A stretch of DNA of 64,000 nt from an uncultured Methylophilaceae bacterium. Lineage in GTDB: Bacteria > Pseudomonadota > Gammaproteobacteria > Burkholderiales > Methylophilaceae. How positions within the stretch are numbered: position 1 is the stretch's first letter; every line of letters begins with the position of its first letter. The stretch covers positions 20,914 to 84,913 of the forward strand of contig CAYXOR010000002.1 in assembly GCA_964466895.1 (NCBI GenBank), given 5' to 3'. Shown here piece by piece: positions 1 through 8,247 of the stretch. A model generated the notes under the pieces. That model worked only from the letters and a program-made list of their open reading frames with translations, ran no database searches and had not been told where the DNA came from. The position numbers and the translations under genes were made by a program.

Positions 1-865
1 TATTGACATTGTTAAGCGTCAGCGTGTTGTTATCAGCACTATAAGTACCAAGGTCAGGAATCGTGTTTTTGGTCTCTTCCCCATTCTCATGTTTAGGGTC
101 ATGGATAGAGTATCGGGTGAACATACCCCCTGTCACCACCATCGCACCCGCTAGGTGTTGTTGCTGCCATTGCAGTATTTCTTCACCCTTTGCATTCTTC
201 TTGATGGGGTTATACGCAACCGTATGCAAGGTGGGCGAGAGGTTGATATCGCTGCCAGCTATACGCCAAGCACCGCCGTGGTTTTCTCGGACGCCTTCCC
301 CTAATTCCAAAGCAACAGGATGTTCAGCTTTCTTTGCTGCGTACTGCTCTGCATCATTTTCGTAAATTTTGTTATCTGTATTGTCCCGGTTTGCAAGGTG
401 GTTCTTATCTAGCGCATGCCCACCCTCGTGTATGAGCATCAGCGCAGGGGATAGCACGCCTTGGTGTTTAATGTCTTTATCGATGCCTTCATATGGTTGA
501 TTCAAATCAAGTGCATTAGAATGCTCTGCATTGGTATAAAACAATAGGACATTCGGGTTCCAGTCGATGGTGTTAGCTGGGTAGTTAGCTTTTGCTTTTC
601 CTCGTGTAACGCTGGTCATTACCCCTGCATGCTCTTTGGCGGGGGCGATTTCAGTTGAAGCTTCAGGATGGTATTTAGCCCCATCGTTAGCATCAACAAA
701 ACGGATGCTGATGTCTTTTGCTTGCATGGCGGCCAACAGCTCCCCTGCTTTCGGGCTTTGCTGTAAATAGGCTAGCGCTTCTTCAAGTTGTGCCGCGCGC
801 ACGGGTGTGGCGTTAATTAAGTTAAAGTCACTGGCTTTCACAGGGTCTTTTTGTTGCTCAGCCAT
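1..865 (-). CDS. Partial CDS (C-terminus lies beyond the left edge): HExxH zinc-metallopeptidase-like protein
   Basis: Absent from the ORF track because it runs off the window. Hand translation of the minus strand from ATG (865-863) stays open to base 2 (at least 288 aa). It contains LMLIHEGGHALDKNH, i.e. HExxH(x5)H spacing. A GGAG lies about 9 nt upstream, inside the 3' end of the preceding gene. Confidence 0.6.
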   Translation of the reverse strand, partial: MAEQQKDPVKASDFNLINATPVRAAQLEEALAYLQQSPKAGELLAAMQAKDISIRFVDANDGAKYHPEASTEIAPAKEHAGVMTSVTRGKAKANYPANTIDWNPNVLLFYTNAEHSNALDLNQPYEGIDKDIKHQGVLSPALMLIHEGGHALDKNHLANRDNTDNKIYENDAEQYAAKKAEHPVALELGEGVRENHGGAWRIAGSDINLSPTLHTVAYNPIKKNAKGEEILQWQQQHLAGAMVVTGGMFTRYSIHDPKHENGEETKNTIPDLGTYSADNNTLTLNNVN

Positions 866-871
866 GTTTTA

Positions 872-1582
872 TTACTCCACATCCTGTGGGGCTGGGGTCC
901 AGCCACTGCCACAAACATCAGGGTGGCGCTGGTAAAAGCCATCACCACAGGTCTGAAAAATAGTCGGGTCTCGGTAATAACTATTACGATTGATGATGCC
1001 TGTGCAGCTGGCAATTCTACTCCGCTGTTGGTTTCTACTATAGGCTTCGTTACCAATAAACGCATCAAATTCTATTTCTTCATAGTGCGCTCTAAGCTCA
1101 TGCAAAAACACGGTTGGTTTGCCTATTTTCCTCGCCCAATGAAACAGTTCTCGATTAATCGTCCAATCTGCGCTTAAAGGCACTTGTTGTTGATTGGGTA
1201 AGAAAAGCATGACATCAACGGTTGGCTCATAAGTGTATCCTAGACCGAAGCCTAATGTAACGACAGCGCCATCATTAAGGGTAAACTTAACTGAAGAAGC
1301 ACCTTCTCTTGTCGTTTGATAAGAGCGGTAAAAAAAAGATTCATTCTCAGAGATTTGTTTGACGTCTGTTTTTTTAAAGATGTCGATGAGTGCTTGAATC
1401 AGGGCTTTATCTTCTGTTATAAAAGAACAAGATGGCATAGGCACTGCTTTGACACGCGCAGATGTTGCTTGGCTTAGCTTGTGGTAGAGCTGATCTAAGT
1501 CAATTGATTGTGCTGGTTGCGCCTGTACACTAGGTACAGTCAGTAGCAATACAATCAACCATTGTTTAAGTAGCTGTTTCAT
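872..1582 (-). CDS. Secreted hypothetical protein with a Cys-rich C-terminus
   Basis: 236 aa. N-terminal signal peptide MKQLLKQWLIVLLLTVPSVQA-QP. Several Cys in the last 60 aa. Its stop is 6 nt before the start of the metallopeptidase-like gene, so they look like an operon pair. No family recognised. Confidence 0.55.
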   Translation of the reverse strand: MKQLLKQWLIVLLLTVPSVQAQPAQSIDLDQLYHKLSQATSARVKAVPMPSCSFITEDKALIQALIDIFKKTDVKQISENESFFYRSYQTTREGASSVKFTLNDGAVVTLGFGLGYTYEPTVDVMLFLPNQQQVPLSADWTINRELFHWARKIGKPTVFLHELRAHYEEIEFDAFIGNEAYSRNQQRSRIASCTGIINRNSYYRDPTIFQTCGDGFYQRHPDVCGSGWTPAPQDVE

Positions 1583-1746
1583 TAAGAATTTTTCTTATTT
1601 TTGTATGAAATAATATTATGGTGATAATGATGGTTTGTCAACGTGTTGTTGGTTGTCGCACGCTAAGGCTTTACATTAATTATATGAAATTTATAATTCA
1701 AAAAAAGGTTAACGTATTTTTTTGTCGCTTTTAACATGCTGCTTAC

Positions 1747-2103
1747 TTATGACAACAAAATAAGAATTAGCCCAATCGCAGCCGGAATGGCCTGTATGAA
1801 GAGTATCTTGCGATTTGCTGTGGCAGCACCGTATACGCCTGCTACGACAATACAGCAAAGGAAAAATATTTTTATAGAAACGCCTCCAGCACCTAAGCTC
1901 AAACCCCAGATTAGCCCAGCTGCTAAGAAACCATTATATAAACCTTGGTTTGCAGCTAACACTTTAGTAGCCTTTGCGGCTTCTTTAGTTTGTCCAAATG
2001 TTTTTAATCCTAGGGGTTTGTCCCATAGAAACATTTCAAGCACGAGGAAATAAATATGTATAAGCGCAACGAGCCCGATAATCACATTGGCAACGATAGA
2101 CAT
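1747..2103 (-). CDS. Small integral membrane protein, DUF1304-like
   Basis: 118 aa with about 4 hydrophobic helices. The N-terminus IIGLVALIHIYFLVLEMFLW resembles DUF1304 proteins (recalled from memory, not searched). Confidence 0.6.
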   Translation of the reverse strand: MSIVANVIIGLVALIHIYFLVLEMFLWDKPLGLKTFGQTKEAAKATKVLAANQGLYNGFLAAGLIWGLSLGAGGVSIKIFFLCCIVVAGVYGAATANRKILFIQAIPAAIGLILILLS

Positions 2104-2154
2104 TAAGGTATCTCCCTGATTTTATTGTATTAGTTATTTAGTATTAAGGTAACT

Positions 2155-2742
2155 TTATGCCTTTAAATCATTTTTTTCAAGAATAAATAATTTTTCGTAT
2201 TTGTCATTAGAGTGAACGACCTGTGTTTCGTGTTGTTTGCTCCATTGCCATCTTTGCGAGGTGAAGAGATGCCTCATGTTGCTAATTTCACAATGGAAGG
2301 GTGGGCCGCCGTCTTGATCTGTTTGCATAAATTGAGCAAATAGTTTTCCTTCTGGTATTAGCCAGTTGTATAGGCATTTTTCGTAGTCGTGCCATTTTTC
2401 AGGAGAAAGGGCACACAAGCTAGTTTGCTCATAGATAGCAGCAAAAGGTTTCTCTGGATGCCAAGTAAAAAAATCGGCTAGTATGACTTCCGCACTTAGC
2501 TGCTTGGCTTGCAGCGCATTTTTTAGATTTTTAATAGGTGTTGGTGCAATATCGATTGTTGTTACATCAAACCCATATTCAGCTAATACTAATGCTTCGT
2601 AACCGTTGCCACAGCTTGGAATAAGTATGCGGCATGGCTTTAGCATTTTACTTTCTATCCAATAAAGTAAATTAGGGCTAGCTGTGCCTCTATCCCAGCC
2701 AGTGCGCTCCTCTTGGTAACGATTTTCCCATTCGTTAATCAA
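2155..2742 (-). CDS. TPMT-family SAM-dependent methyltransferase
   Basis: 195 aa. WENRYQE..TGWD N-terminus and SAM motif I ILIPSCGNGYEA, as in thiopurine/halide methyltransferases. Confidence 0.7.
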   Translation of the reverse strand: MINEWENRYQEERTGWDRGTASPNLLYWIESKMLKPCRILIPSCGNGYEALVLAEYGFDVTTIDIAPTPIKNLKNALQAKQLSAEVILADFFTWHPEKPFAAIYEQTSLCALSPEKWHDYEKCLYNWLIPEGKLFAQFMQTDQDGGPPFHCEISNMRHLFTSQRWQWSKQHETQVVHSNDKYEKLFILEKNDLKA

Positions 2743-2799
2743 TTGTATCCCTTGATTATTAGTTATTAGGATGCGCGCATTAACGATGCTTTGCTTTTA

Positions 2800-3162
2800 T
2801 TAGCGGCGGAATCCATATTCTAATGCGAAGTATTGTGGCTTTAAATCAGCTAGTGGTCCTCGTAGTTTTGCAAGTTCTTGTTCTGGTCCATGCACTTCTA
2901 GACGCGTTATTTCTGATATTTTTAGGGCTTCTCCAAGTAAGGTGCCTACATTGTCAAGATGCGCTAATAGGCCTTCTGCATCTATGTAGCCTTCTCGACA
3001 ATGCGCCTGATTCCCATCGAAACTGAAACCATAATATAGGCACTTTGATTCATTATTACTTTTCGCAACAAATTTTCCACAAAGTTCTTTAAAGGCGTTT
3101 AAGTTTTCGCTAGGGATTTTGAAGTAAGGTACGATCGTACAACAGGTGTCTTGCGTTGCCAT
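2800..3162 (-). CDS. Hypothetical cytoplasmic protein (possibly ABM/dimeric alpha-beta-barrel fold)
   Basis: 120-aa ORF with normal composition and no competing ORF of comparable quality. The fold assignment is a guess. Confidence 0.45.
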   Translation of the reverse strand: MATQDTCCTIVPYFKIPSENLNAFKELCGKFVAKSNNESKCLYYGFSFDGNQAHCREGYIDAEGLLAHLDNVGTLLGEALKISEITRLEVHGPEQELAKLRGPLADLKPQYFALEYGFRR

Positions 3163-3221
3163 AATGTTTCCCTTGTTTTAGTTAATTGAGCTGTGTGTAA
3201 TGCGATTAAATGTTTTGTACC

Positions 3222-3539
3222 CTATGTTGCATAAAACATGGCAGCACCCTGTGAGCGACCATAGATAACACTAAGCCAAAACACTGTAATACCGACGATA
3301 CACAATAACACCATACCCCATTGTTTTTTAAACAACCATTTTACGCTAAAAGCAAATAGAAGAATTATTGTGAAAAGGCCAATTAAAAAAACAAAAATTT
3401 CATGGCCTATTGCTTGCCGTACACTGATTATTTGGTTTCTAAAAAGCGCATGATTTAAGAATACGGTTGCAATAAAACAGGCGCCAGCAAGTATAGGGCT
3501 TATCAGCATAGCCATTTCTTTTTTAGATAAGCTTTTCAT
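3222..3539 (-). CDS. Hypothetical membrane protein
   Basis: 105 aa with three hydrophobic segments. No recognisable family. Confidence 0.45.
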   Translation of the reverse strand: MKSLSKKEMAMLISPILAGACFIATVFLNHALFRNQIISVRQAIGHEIFVFLIGLFTIILLFAFSVKWLFKKQWGMVLLCIVGITVFWLSVIYGRSQGAAMFYAT

Positions 3540-3581
3540 CTTGTTTGTTGCCTAACCTATCCGTTGCGTTTATTAGAACAT

Positions 3582-4307
3582 TTAGTCGGTTAGGTAAAAC
3601 GTGATTGTGGTTACAACACGGACATCTTTTTCTATTTTTCTCGTATCTCCAAATTCTTCTCCAGCATCACGGATATAAAAACTACCCTGTCGAGCATTTC
3701 TGATACCGCCAACACTAACACCTGCGCTTTCAGCAAACTCATTAGCAACTAAACGCGCATTTTTAGTGGCTTCTCGCAACATTTCTGGTTTAATGTCATT
3801 CAGTTTAGTAAAGCGATAAGCGGGTTCTTCGTTGCTAATGTTGATGCCTTGCGCAATTAACTTATTGACGTTTGCCCTTACTTTAGATACAAGTCTAACC
3901 TTTTCTGTTTCCACCTCGATAGAACCCGTTAACTCATGTGTCTGATCGATTAGGTTTTGGTTTCTATCTCTGTACTCTCTATAGCGGTAATCAATAACAC
4001 CGATTTCAATTTCATCTTGTTCAAAGCCGTTATCGATTAATAAATCGGTAATTGTTTTTTGATGTTCTTCTGCAGTTTGATAAAGTTGAGCAATATCTTC
4101 ACGTCTTTTTCCTGCAACACTAAATACAAGGTTCCAGTTTGCACGGTCGGCTTTTACTCTTTGTTCAGCAAGTCCTTTGGCTTCGGCGGTGTTAAGTGCA
4201 ACCTTAGCGTTGTACATTGTTTGCCCGATAAAATAGCCGCCGATTGCGATACCAATAGCCACACAAATACCAATAAAAGCAGCGTTTAAAGTATTTTCAT
4301 TTTTCAT
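3582..4307 (-). CDS. SIMPL (DUF541) domain periplasmic/membrane-anchored protein
   Basis: 241 aa. N-terminal anchor AAFIGICVAIGIAIGGYFIG. Length and C-terminal pattern VRVVTTITFYL are typical of SIMPL/YggE-like proteins. Confidence 0.65.
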   Translation of the reverse strand: MKNENTLNAAFIGICVAIGIAIGGYFIGQTMYNAKVALNTAEAKGLAEQRVKADRANWNLVFSVAGKRREDIAQLYQTAEEHQKTITDLLIDNGFEQDEIEIGVIDYRYREYRDRNQNLIDQTHELTGSIEVETEKVRLVSKVRANVNKLIAQGINISNEEPAYRFTKLNDIKPEMLREATKNARLVANEFAESAGVSVGGIRNARQGSFYIRDAGEEFGDTRKIEKDVRVVTTITFYLTD

Positions 4308-4448
4308 GGTGTACTCATTTCAGGTTGGTCATTATCATTTTATGGATGATATATAGTGAGAGTATATTAAGGTAACTATTCCACCCTTTGTAAAGTATTA
4401 TAAACAATAATAGTATTGACGTGCTGCAGAAGTTAACGAAACTTTAAA

Positions 4449-5276
4449 GTGAAAGAAAAAACAATGAATATCAACGATTATCGTATTAAGCCAAGAACTA
4501 AGTTTTCTATAGAAGATTATGACCCACAAGATAAAAGCGCACGTAAAGCTTCTAAACAGGAATCTTTAATAGCGTTACAAAAGTGTGCGACAGAAATTAA
4601 CACCTTGCAAGACATTTTATATGCACAAGGTAAGCATAAAGTTTTGTTGCTGTTGCAAGGCATGGATGCCAGCGGCAAGGATGGTACAGTAAAGCATGTT
4701 TTCAGCGAGTGTGACCCATTAGGCATTCGGTTGGCTAGTTTTAAAAAACCATCAGAAGAGGAGTCGGCACATGATTATCTTTGGCGTGTGCATGCCAAAG
4801 TGCCTAAAAAGGGTGAAATTATAATTTTTAACCGTAGCCATTATGAAGACGTGCTGGTGGTTAAGGTGCATGATTGGATAGATAGCGTGGAATGCAAGCG
4901 ACGTTACGCACAAATTAATGCTTTTGAAAAAATGCTTGCTGAGACTGGCACCACTATTATTAAGTGCTTTTTGCATATCTCTAAGGCGGAGCAAAAGGAA
5001 CGTATGCTTAAACGTTTAGAAAACCCTCAGAAAACTTGGAAATTTAACCCAAATGACTTAAATGAACGTGCGCTATGGCCGCAATACATGAAGGCTTATG
5101 AGGATGCGATTAACGCAACATCAACTACACATGCGCCTTGGTATGTTATTCCTGCAGATTCTAAAATTAATCGTAATATTTTGATTTCAAATATTCTGCT
5201 AACGCATCTTAAGAAATTGAAAGTGGAATACCCTATAGCGCCTGAGACGTATAAAAATATTGTGGTTGAAGATTAG
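4449..5276 (+). CDS. ppk2: Polyphosphate kinase 2 family protein (polyphosphate:nucleotide phosphotransferase)
   Basis: LLLQGMDASGKDGTVKHVF P-loop and the IFNRSHYEDVL lid motif. The likely true start is ATG 4464 (MNINDY); 4449 is a GTG. Confidence 0.85.
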   Translation: MKEKTMNINDYRIKPRTKFSIEDYDPQDKSARKASKQESLIALQKCATEINTLQDILYAQGKHKVLLLLQGMDASGKDGTVKHVFSECDPLGIRLASFKKPSEEESAHDYLWRVHAKVPKKGEIIIFNRSHYEDVLVVKVHDWIDSVECKRRYAQINAFEKMLAETGTTIIKCFLHISKAEQKERMLKRLENPQKTWKFNPNDLNERALWPQYMKAYEDAINATSTTHAPWYVIPADSKINRNILISNILLTHLKKLKVEYPIAPETYKNIVVED

Positions 5277-5322
5277 TTATTGGTGACATCCGGCGATGGT
5301 TTAAGTCGGTTATAATTCAGGC

Positions 5323-6639
5323 ATGACGATATTAGAAATTTTGATTGGTCTTGTTTGCTTGCTAATTTTGCTAGTTACATGGTTGATTTGGCATGCAATG
5401 CAAAGTACAAAAAACACGCTGTTATTGCAAAATCTAGATGAAAAGCATCGTGCAATGTTGTTAGATTTGAACGACGGATTGAATAAGCTGGGGGATCGTT
5501 TAAATACCAATTCGTTAGAAACTGGTGAGCGCTTGAAAGTAAGCGTTTCGCAGGAGTTGTTAGCAACACGCGATGCGATGAAAGCTTTACAGCTAGAGCA
5601 AAGTAGTGGTTTAGCGCAAACGCGTGAAGTGGTGTTGGAAAAACTACACAATACGTTGGCAGAGCAGGGCAAATCACAACAAAGTTTGATTAATGACACA
5701 ATGTTAAAGGCGACTACAACGTTGACGCAAAGCGTAGAAAGCCTCAGCAAAGTGGTGGATGCACGCTTAGAGGAAATTGGTGGCAAAGTGTCTGAGCGTT
5801 TAGAAGAGGGTTTTAAAAAGACAAATGAGACATTTGTTAGTGTGATGCAACGCTTAGCCACCATCGATGAAGCACAAAAGAAGATTGATGGCCTTAGTAC
5901 CAATATGGTGAGTTTGCAAGAGCTATTAGGAGACAAGAAAAGCCGTGGTACTTTTGGTGAGGTGCAGTTAGAAGGTTTGGTACGTAATGTGTTGCCCGAA
6001 CAAGGCTTTGCCATGCAGCATACATTTGAAAATGGCTTGAGAGTGGATTGTGTCTTATTTTTACCAGAGCCAACAGGCACAGTGGCGGTAGATAGCAAGT
6101 TTCCACTTGAGAACTATCATCGTATGTTCGATAGCGACTTAAGTAAGGCTGAGCAAGCGGCGGCAGCTAAGCTGTTTAAATCGGATATTAAAAAGCATGT
6201 GGATGATATTGCTAAAAAATACATCATTCCCAATGTAACTTCTGATGGTGCTGTCATGTTTATACCAGCTGAGGCCGTTTTTGCCGAGATTCATGCCTAC
6301 CACCCCGATGTGATTGAATATGCAATGAAAAAGCGCGTGTGGGTGGTTTCGCCGACAACCTTGATGGCAGTGCTAAATACAGCACGTGCTGTGCTTAAAG
6401 ATGTAGAGATGCGTAAACAAGTACATATTATTAAGGATGAGTTGGGTAAATTAGGTAAAGATTTCCAGCGTTTTGATACGCGCATGAAAAAACTTGCTGA
6501 CCATATTCGCCAAGCGAATGATGATGCAAAAGATGTGCATACCAGTAGTCAGAAGATTTCGAATGCTTTCGCAAGAATTGAGCGAGTTGAATTAAGTAAA
6601 GAGCCGGTGGATTTGCTTGATGGCGTAGATGATGACTAA
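5323..6639 (+). CDS. rmuC: DNA recombination protein RmuC
   Basis: 438 aa. N-terminal TM helix, a long coiled-coil region and a conserved C-terminal nuclease-like domain (VAVDSKFPLENY, MFIPAEAVF, VSPTTLMAVL). Confidence 0.9.
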   Translation: MTILEILIGLVCLLILLVTWLIWHAMQSTKNTLLLQNLDEKHRAMLLDLNDGLNKLGDRLNTNSLETGERLKVSVSQELLATRDAMKALQLEQSSGLAQTREVVLEKLHNTLAEQGKSQQSLINDTMLKATTTLTQSVESLSKVVDARLEEIGGKVSERLEEGFKKTNETFVSVMQRLATIDEAQKKIDGLSTNMVSLQELLGDKKSRGTFGEVQLEGLVRNVLPEQGFAMQHTFENGLRVDCVLFLPEPTGTVAVDSKFPLENYHRMFDSDLSKAEQAAAAKLFKSDIKKHVDDIAKKYIIPNVTSDGAVMFIPAEAVFAEIHAYHPDVIEYAMKKRVWVVSPTTLMAVLNTARAVLKDVEMRKQVHIIKDELGKLGKDFQRFDTRMKKLADHIRQANDDAKDVHTSSQKISNAFARIERVELSKEPVDLLDGVDDD

Positions 6640-6674
6640 TATGCTAGTTTACATTAAGATGGTGTTTTAACTTT

Positions 6675-6932
6675 ATGAATATAAAAGTATTTTACTTTGC
6701 AAGAATCAAAGAGGTTGTTAATTATTCAACCGAGGAAATAGATTTGCCAAATGGTGTGGCCAATGTTACCGCACTTAAAAACCTTTTAGCGCAACGTGGC
6801 GACACATGGGCCGAGCTATTTAATGGTAGACAAGTTATACGTGCGGCGATTAATCATGAGCTTGTTGATAACATGGCGGCGATTAAAGAGAATGATGAAG
6901 TTGCATTTTTCCCCCCGGTGACGGGTGGTTAG
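6675..6932 (+). CDS. moaD: Molybdopterin synthase sulfur-carrier subunit MoaD
   Basis: 85 aa ending in FFPPVTGG (C-terminal Gly-Gly). It lies immediately upstream of moaE. Confidence 0.85.
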   Translation: MNIKVFYFARIKEVVNYSTEEIDLPNGVANVTALKNLLAQRGDTWAELFNGRQVIRAAINHELVDNMAAIKENDEVAFFPPVTGG

Positions 6933-6935
6933 TAT

Positions 6936-7382
6936 ATGACTGTACGTGTGCAGACCGATGATTTTGACGCTGCGGCAGAGTTGACAACTATTCGGCTTAT
7001 GAGTGCGGATATTGGTGCAGTGGTCAGTTTCGTAGGTCAGGTGCGTGATATAAATGATGGGGATGCTGTCCAAGCGCTCACATTAGAGCATTATCCTGGC
7101 ATGACTGAGCGTGCGCTTGAAAAAATTGAGTATGAAGCTAAAACACGATGGGATATTACCGCTAGCCTTATTATTCACCGTGTTGGTACATTAAAGCCGC
7201 AAGATCAAATCGTGTTAGTTGCTGTCGCCAGCTCGCATAGAGGCGAAGCTTTTAGCGCTTGCGAGTTCATCATGGATTTTTTAAAGACACAAGCGCCATT
7301 TTGGAAGAAAGAAGTGACCCATAATGGAGAGCGCTGGTTAGAAGCTAAATTAAGCGATGATGAAGCGCTGAAGCGCTGGTAA
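6936..7382 (+). CDS. moaE: Molybdopterin synthase catalytic subunit MoaE
   Basis: 148 aa. GAVVSFVGQVRD, LEHYPGM and SSHRGEAF..C.FIMD.LK..APFWKKE motifs. Confidence 0.9.
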   Translation: MTVRVQTDDFDAAAELTTIRLMSADIGAVVSFVGQVRDINDGDAVQALTLEHYPGMTERALEKIEYEAKTRWDITASLIIHRVGTLKPQDQIVLVAVASSHRGEAFSACEFIMDFLKTQAPFWKKEVTHNGERWLEAKLSDDEALKRW

Positions 7383-7410
7383 ACAATTTGGCTGCAATTG
7401 TGCTATTAAG

Positions 7411-7824
7411 ATGGTGAAAGAAGCAAAAGACAACAAATGTCGTTTAGATAAATGGCTTTGGGCCGCACGTTTTTTTAAAACACGTAGTATTGCTGCAGAT
7501 GCGGTGAGTAGTGGAAAGGTGCGGGTAGGTGGCGACCGTGCTAAAGCAGCCAAAGAAGTTAAGTTAGGTATGATGGTTAATATACGTAATAAAGATATTG
7601 AGATAGAGGTCGAAGTCACTGGCTTATCGAATATCCGCCGTGGCGCACCAGAGGCTGCTTTGCTATATTCAGAAACTGAAACCAGCAAGATTAAACAAGA
7701 AAATGCTAAAGTATCAGGTGCATCTTTTCATGCAAACCGTGAAAAGGGTGCTGGTAGACCGACAAAACGACAGTTGCGTGACATTTCAAATTTTACGGGC
7801 ATTAAAAATTACAATGGCAATTAA
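7411..7824 (+). CDS. hslR: Ribosome-associated heat shock protein Hsp15 (S4 RNA-binding domain)
   Basis: RLDKWLWAARFFKTRS S4-domain N-terminus and a basic C-terminal tail; 137 aa. Confidence 0.85.
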   Translation: MVKEAKDNKCRLDKWLWAARFFKTRSIAADAVSSGKVRVGGDRAKAAKEVKLGMMVNIRNKDIEIEVEVTGLSNIRRGAPEAALLYSETETSKIKQENAKVSGASFHANREKGAGRPTKRQLRDISNFTGIKNYNGN

Positions 7825-7862
7825 TAATAGCTTGCTATGATTGGTTGTATGTTGTTAAACTG

Positions 7863-7879
7863 CGTTCAATCATTGAACG
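7863..7879. promoter_or_regulatory. 17-bp perfect palindrome CGTTCAAT-C-ATTGAACG: candidate operator or hslR terminator
   Basis: Read directly from the sequence. It sits in the 75-nt gap between hslR and the MarR-type regulator, 21 nt upstream of ATG 7900, and is followed by ACTGTTTTGTTT. Confidence 0.3.
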
Positions 7880-7899
7880 GACTGTTTTGTTTAAACTTA

Positions 7900-8247
7900 A
7901 TGTTAACTGACGAATATCGCTACAAAATATTAAAGACGCTAGAAATTTACCCTGAAAGTAGTCAGCGGGATTTGGCACGCAAGTTAGGCATTAGTCTAGG
8001 TCGCGTTAATTTTTGTTTAAAGGCATTGATAGCAGTTGGTCTGCTTAAAGCCACCAACTTCCGTAATCATAAAAATAAATTGGCTTATATGTATTTATTG
8101 ACACCGCATGGTATTAAAGAAAAATCACTCATTACAGAGCGTTTTCTTAAGTTAAAATTACAAGAGAGAGCCACTTTAGAGGCCGAGATTAACGAGCTTC
8201 GTCATGAAGCCAAAATAACATTCAATCGCGAGGTGAGCCATTCATGA
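7900..8247 (+). CDS. MarR-family EPS-associated transcriptional regulator
   Basis: MLTDEYRYKILKTLEIYPESSQRDLARKLGISLGRVNFCLKAL is a winged-HTH typical of the EPS-associated MarR subgroup. The track ORF starts at 7837, but ATG 7900 gives the usual length of about 115 aa. Its stop overlaps the manC start (ATGA). Confidence 0.75.
   Translation: MLTDEYRYKILKTLEIYPESSQRDLARKLGISLGRVNFCLKALIAVGLLKATNFRNHKNKLAYMYLLTPHGIKEKSLITERFLKLKLQERATLEAEINELRHEAKITFNREVSHS

Noticed and set aside
63-1177. Plus-strand ORFs 63-365 and 851-1177 from the ORF track.
   Set aside because: They overlap the minus-strand metallopeptidase-like ORF (1-865) and the secreted-protein gene (872-1582). Those have start codons, an RBS and coherent protein features. 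The plus-strand translations are Cys/Ser/Phe-rich with no motifs.
6084-6091. GGCGGTAG, identical to the ops element of JUMPStart sequences that precede polysaccharide operons in enterobacteria.
   Set aside because: It lies inside the rmuC coding sequence, about 1.8 kb before the first glycan gene, with no surrounding JUMPStart context. An 8-mer is expected about once by chance in 64 kb.
5310-6098. 262-aa minus-strand ORF antisense to rmuC. Similar long antisense ORFs lie at 7350-7688, 14670-15092, 20191-20607, 47749-48198, 49980-50480 and 60802-61179.
   Set aside because: Each is fully overlapped by a plus-strand ORF with clear family motifs. Their translations are low-complexity (Ser/Leu/Cys/Lys-rich) with no motifs, and they break the uniform + strand operon organisation. 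I treat them as shadow ORFs.
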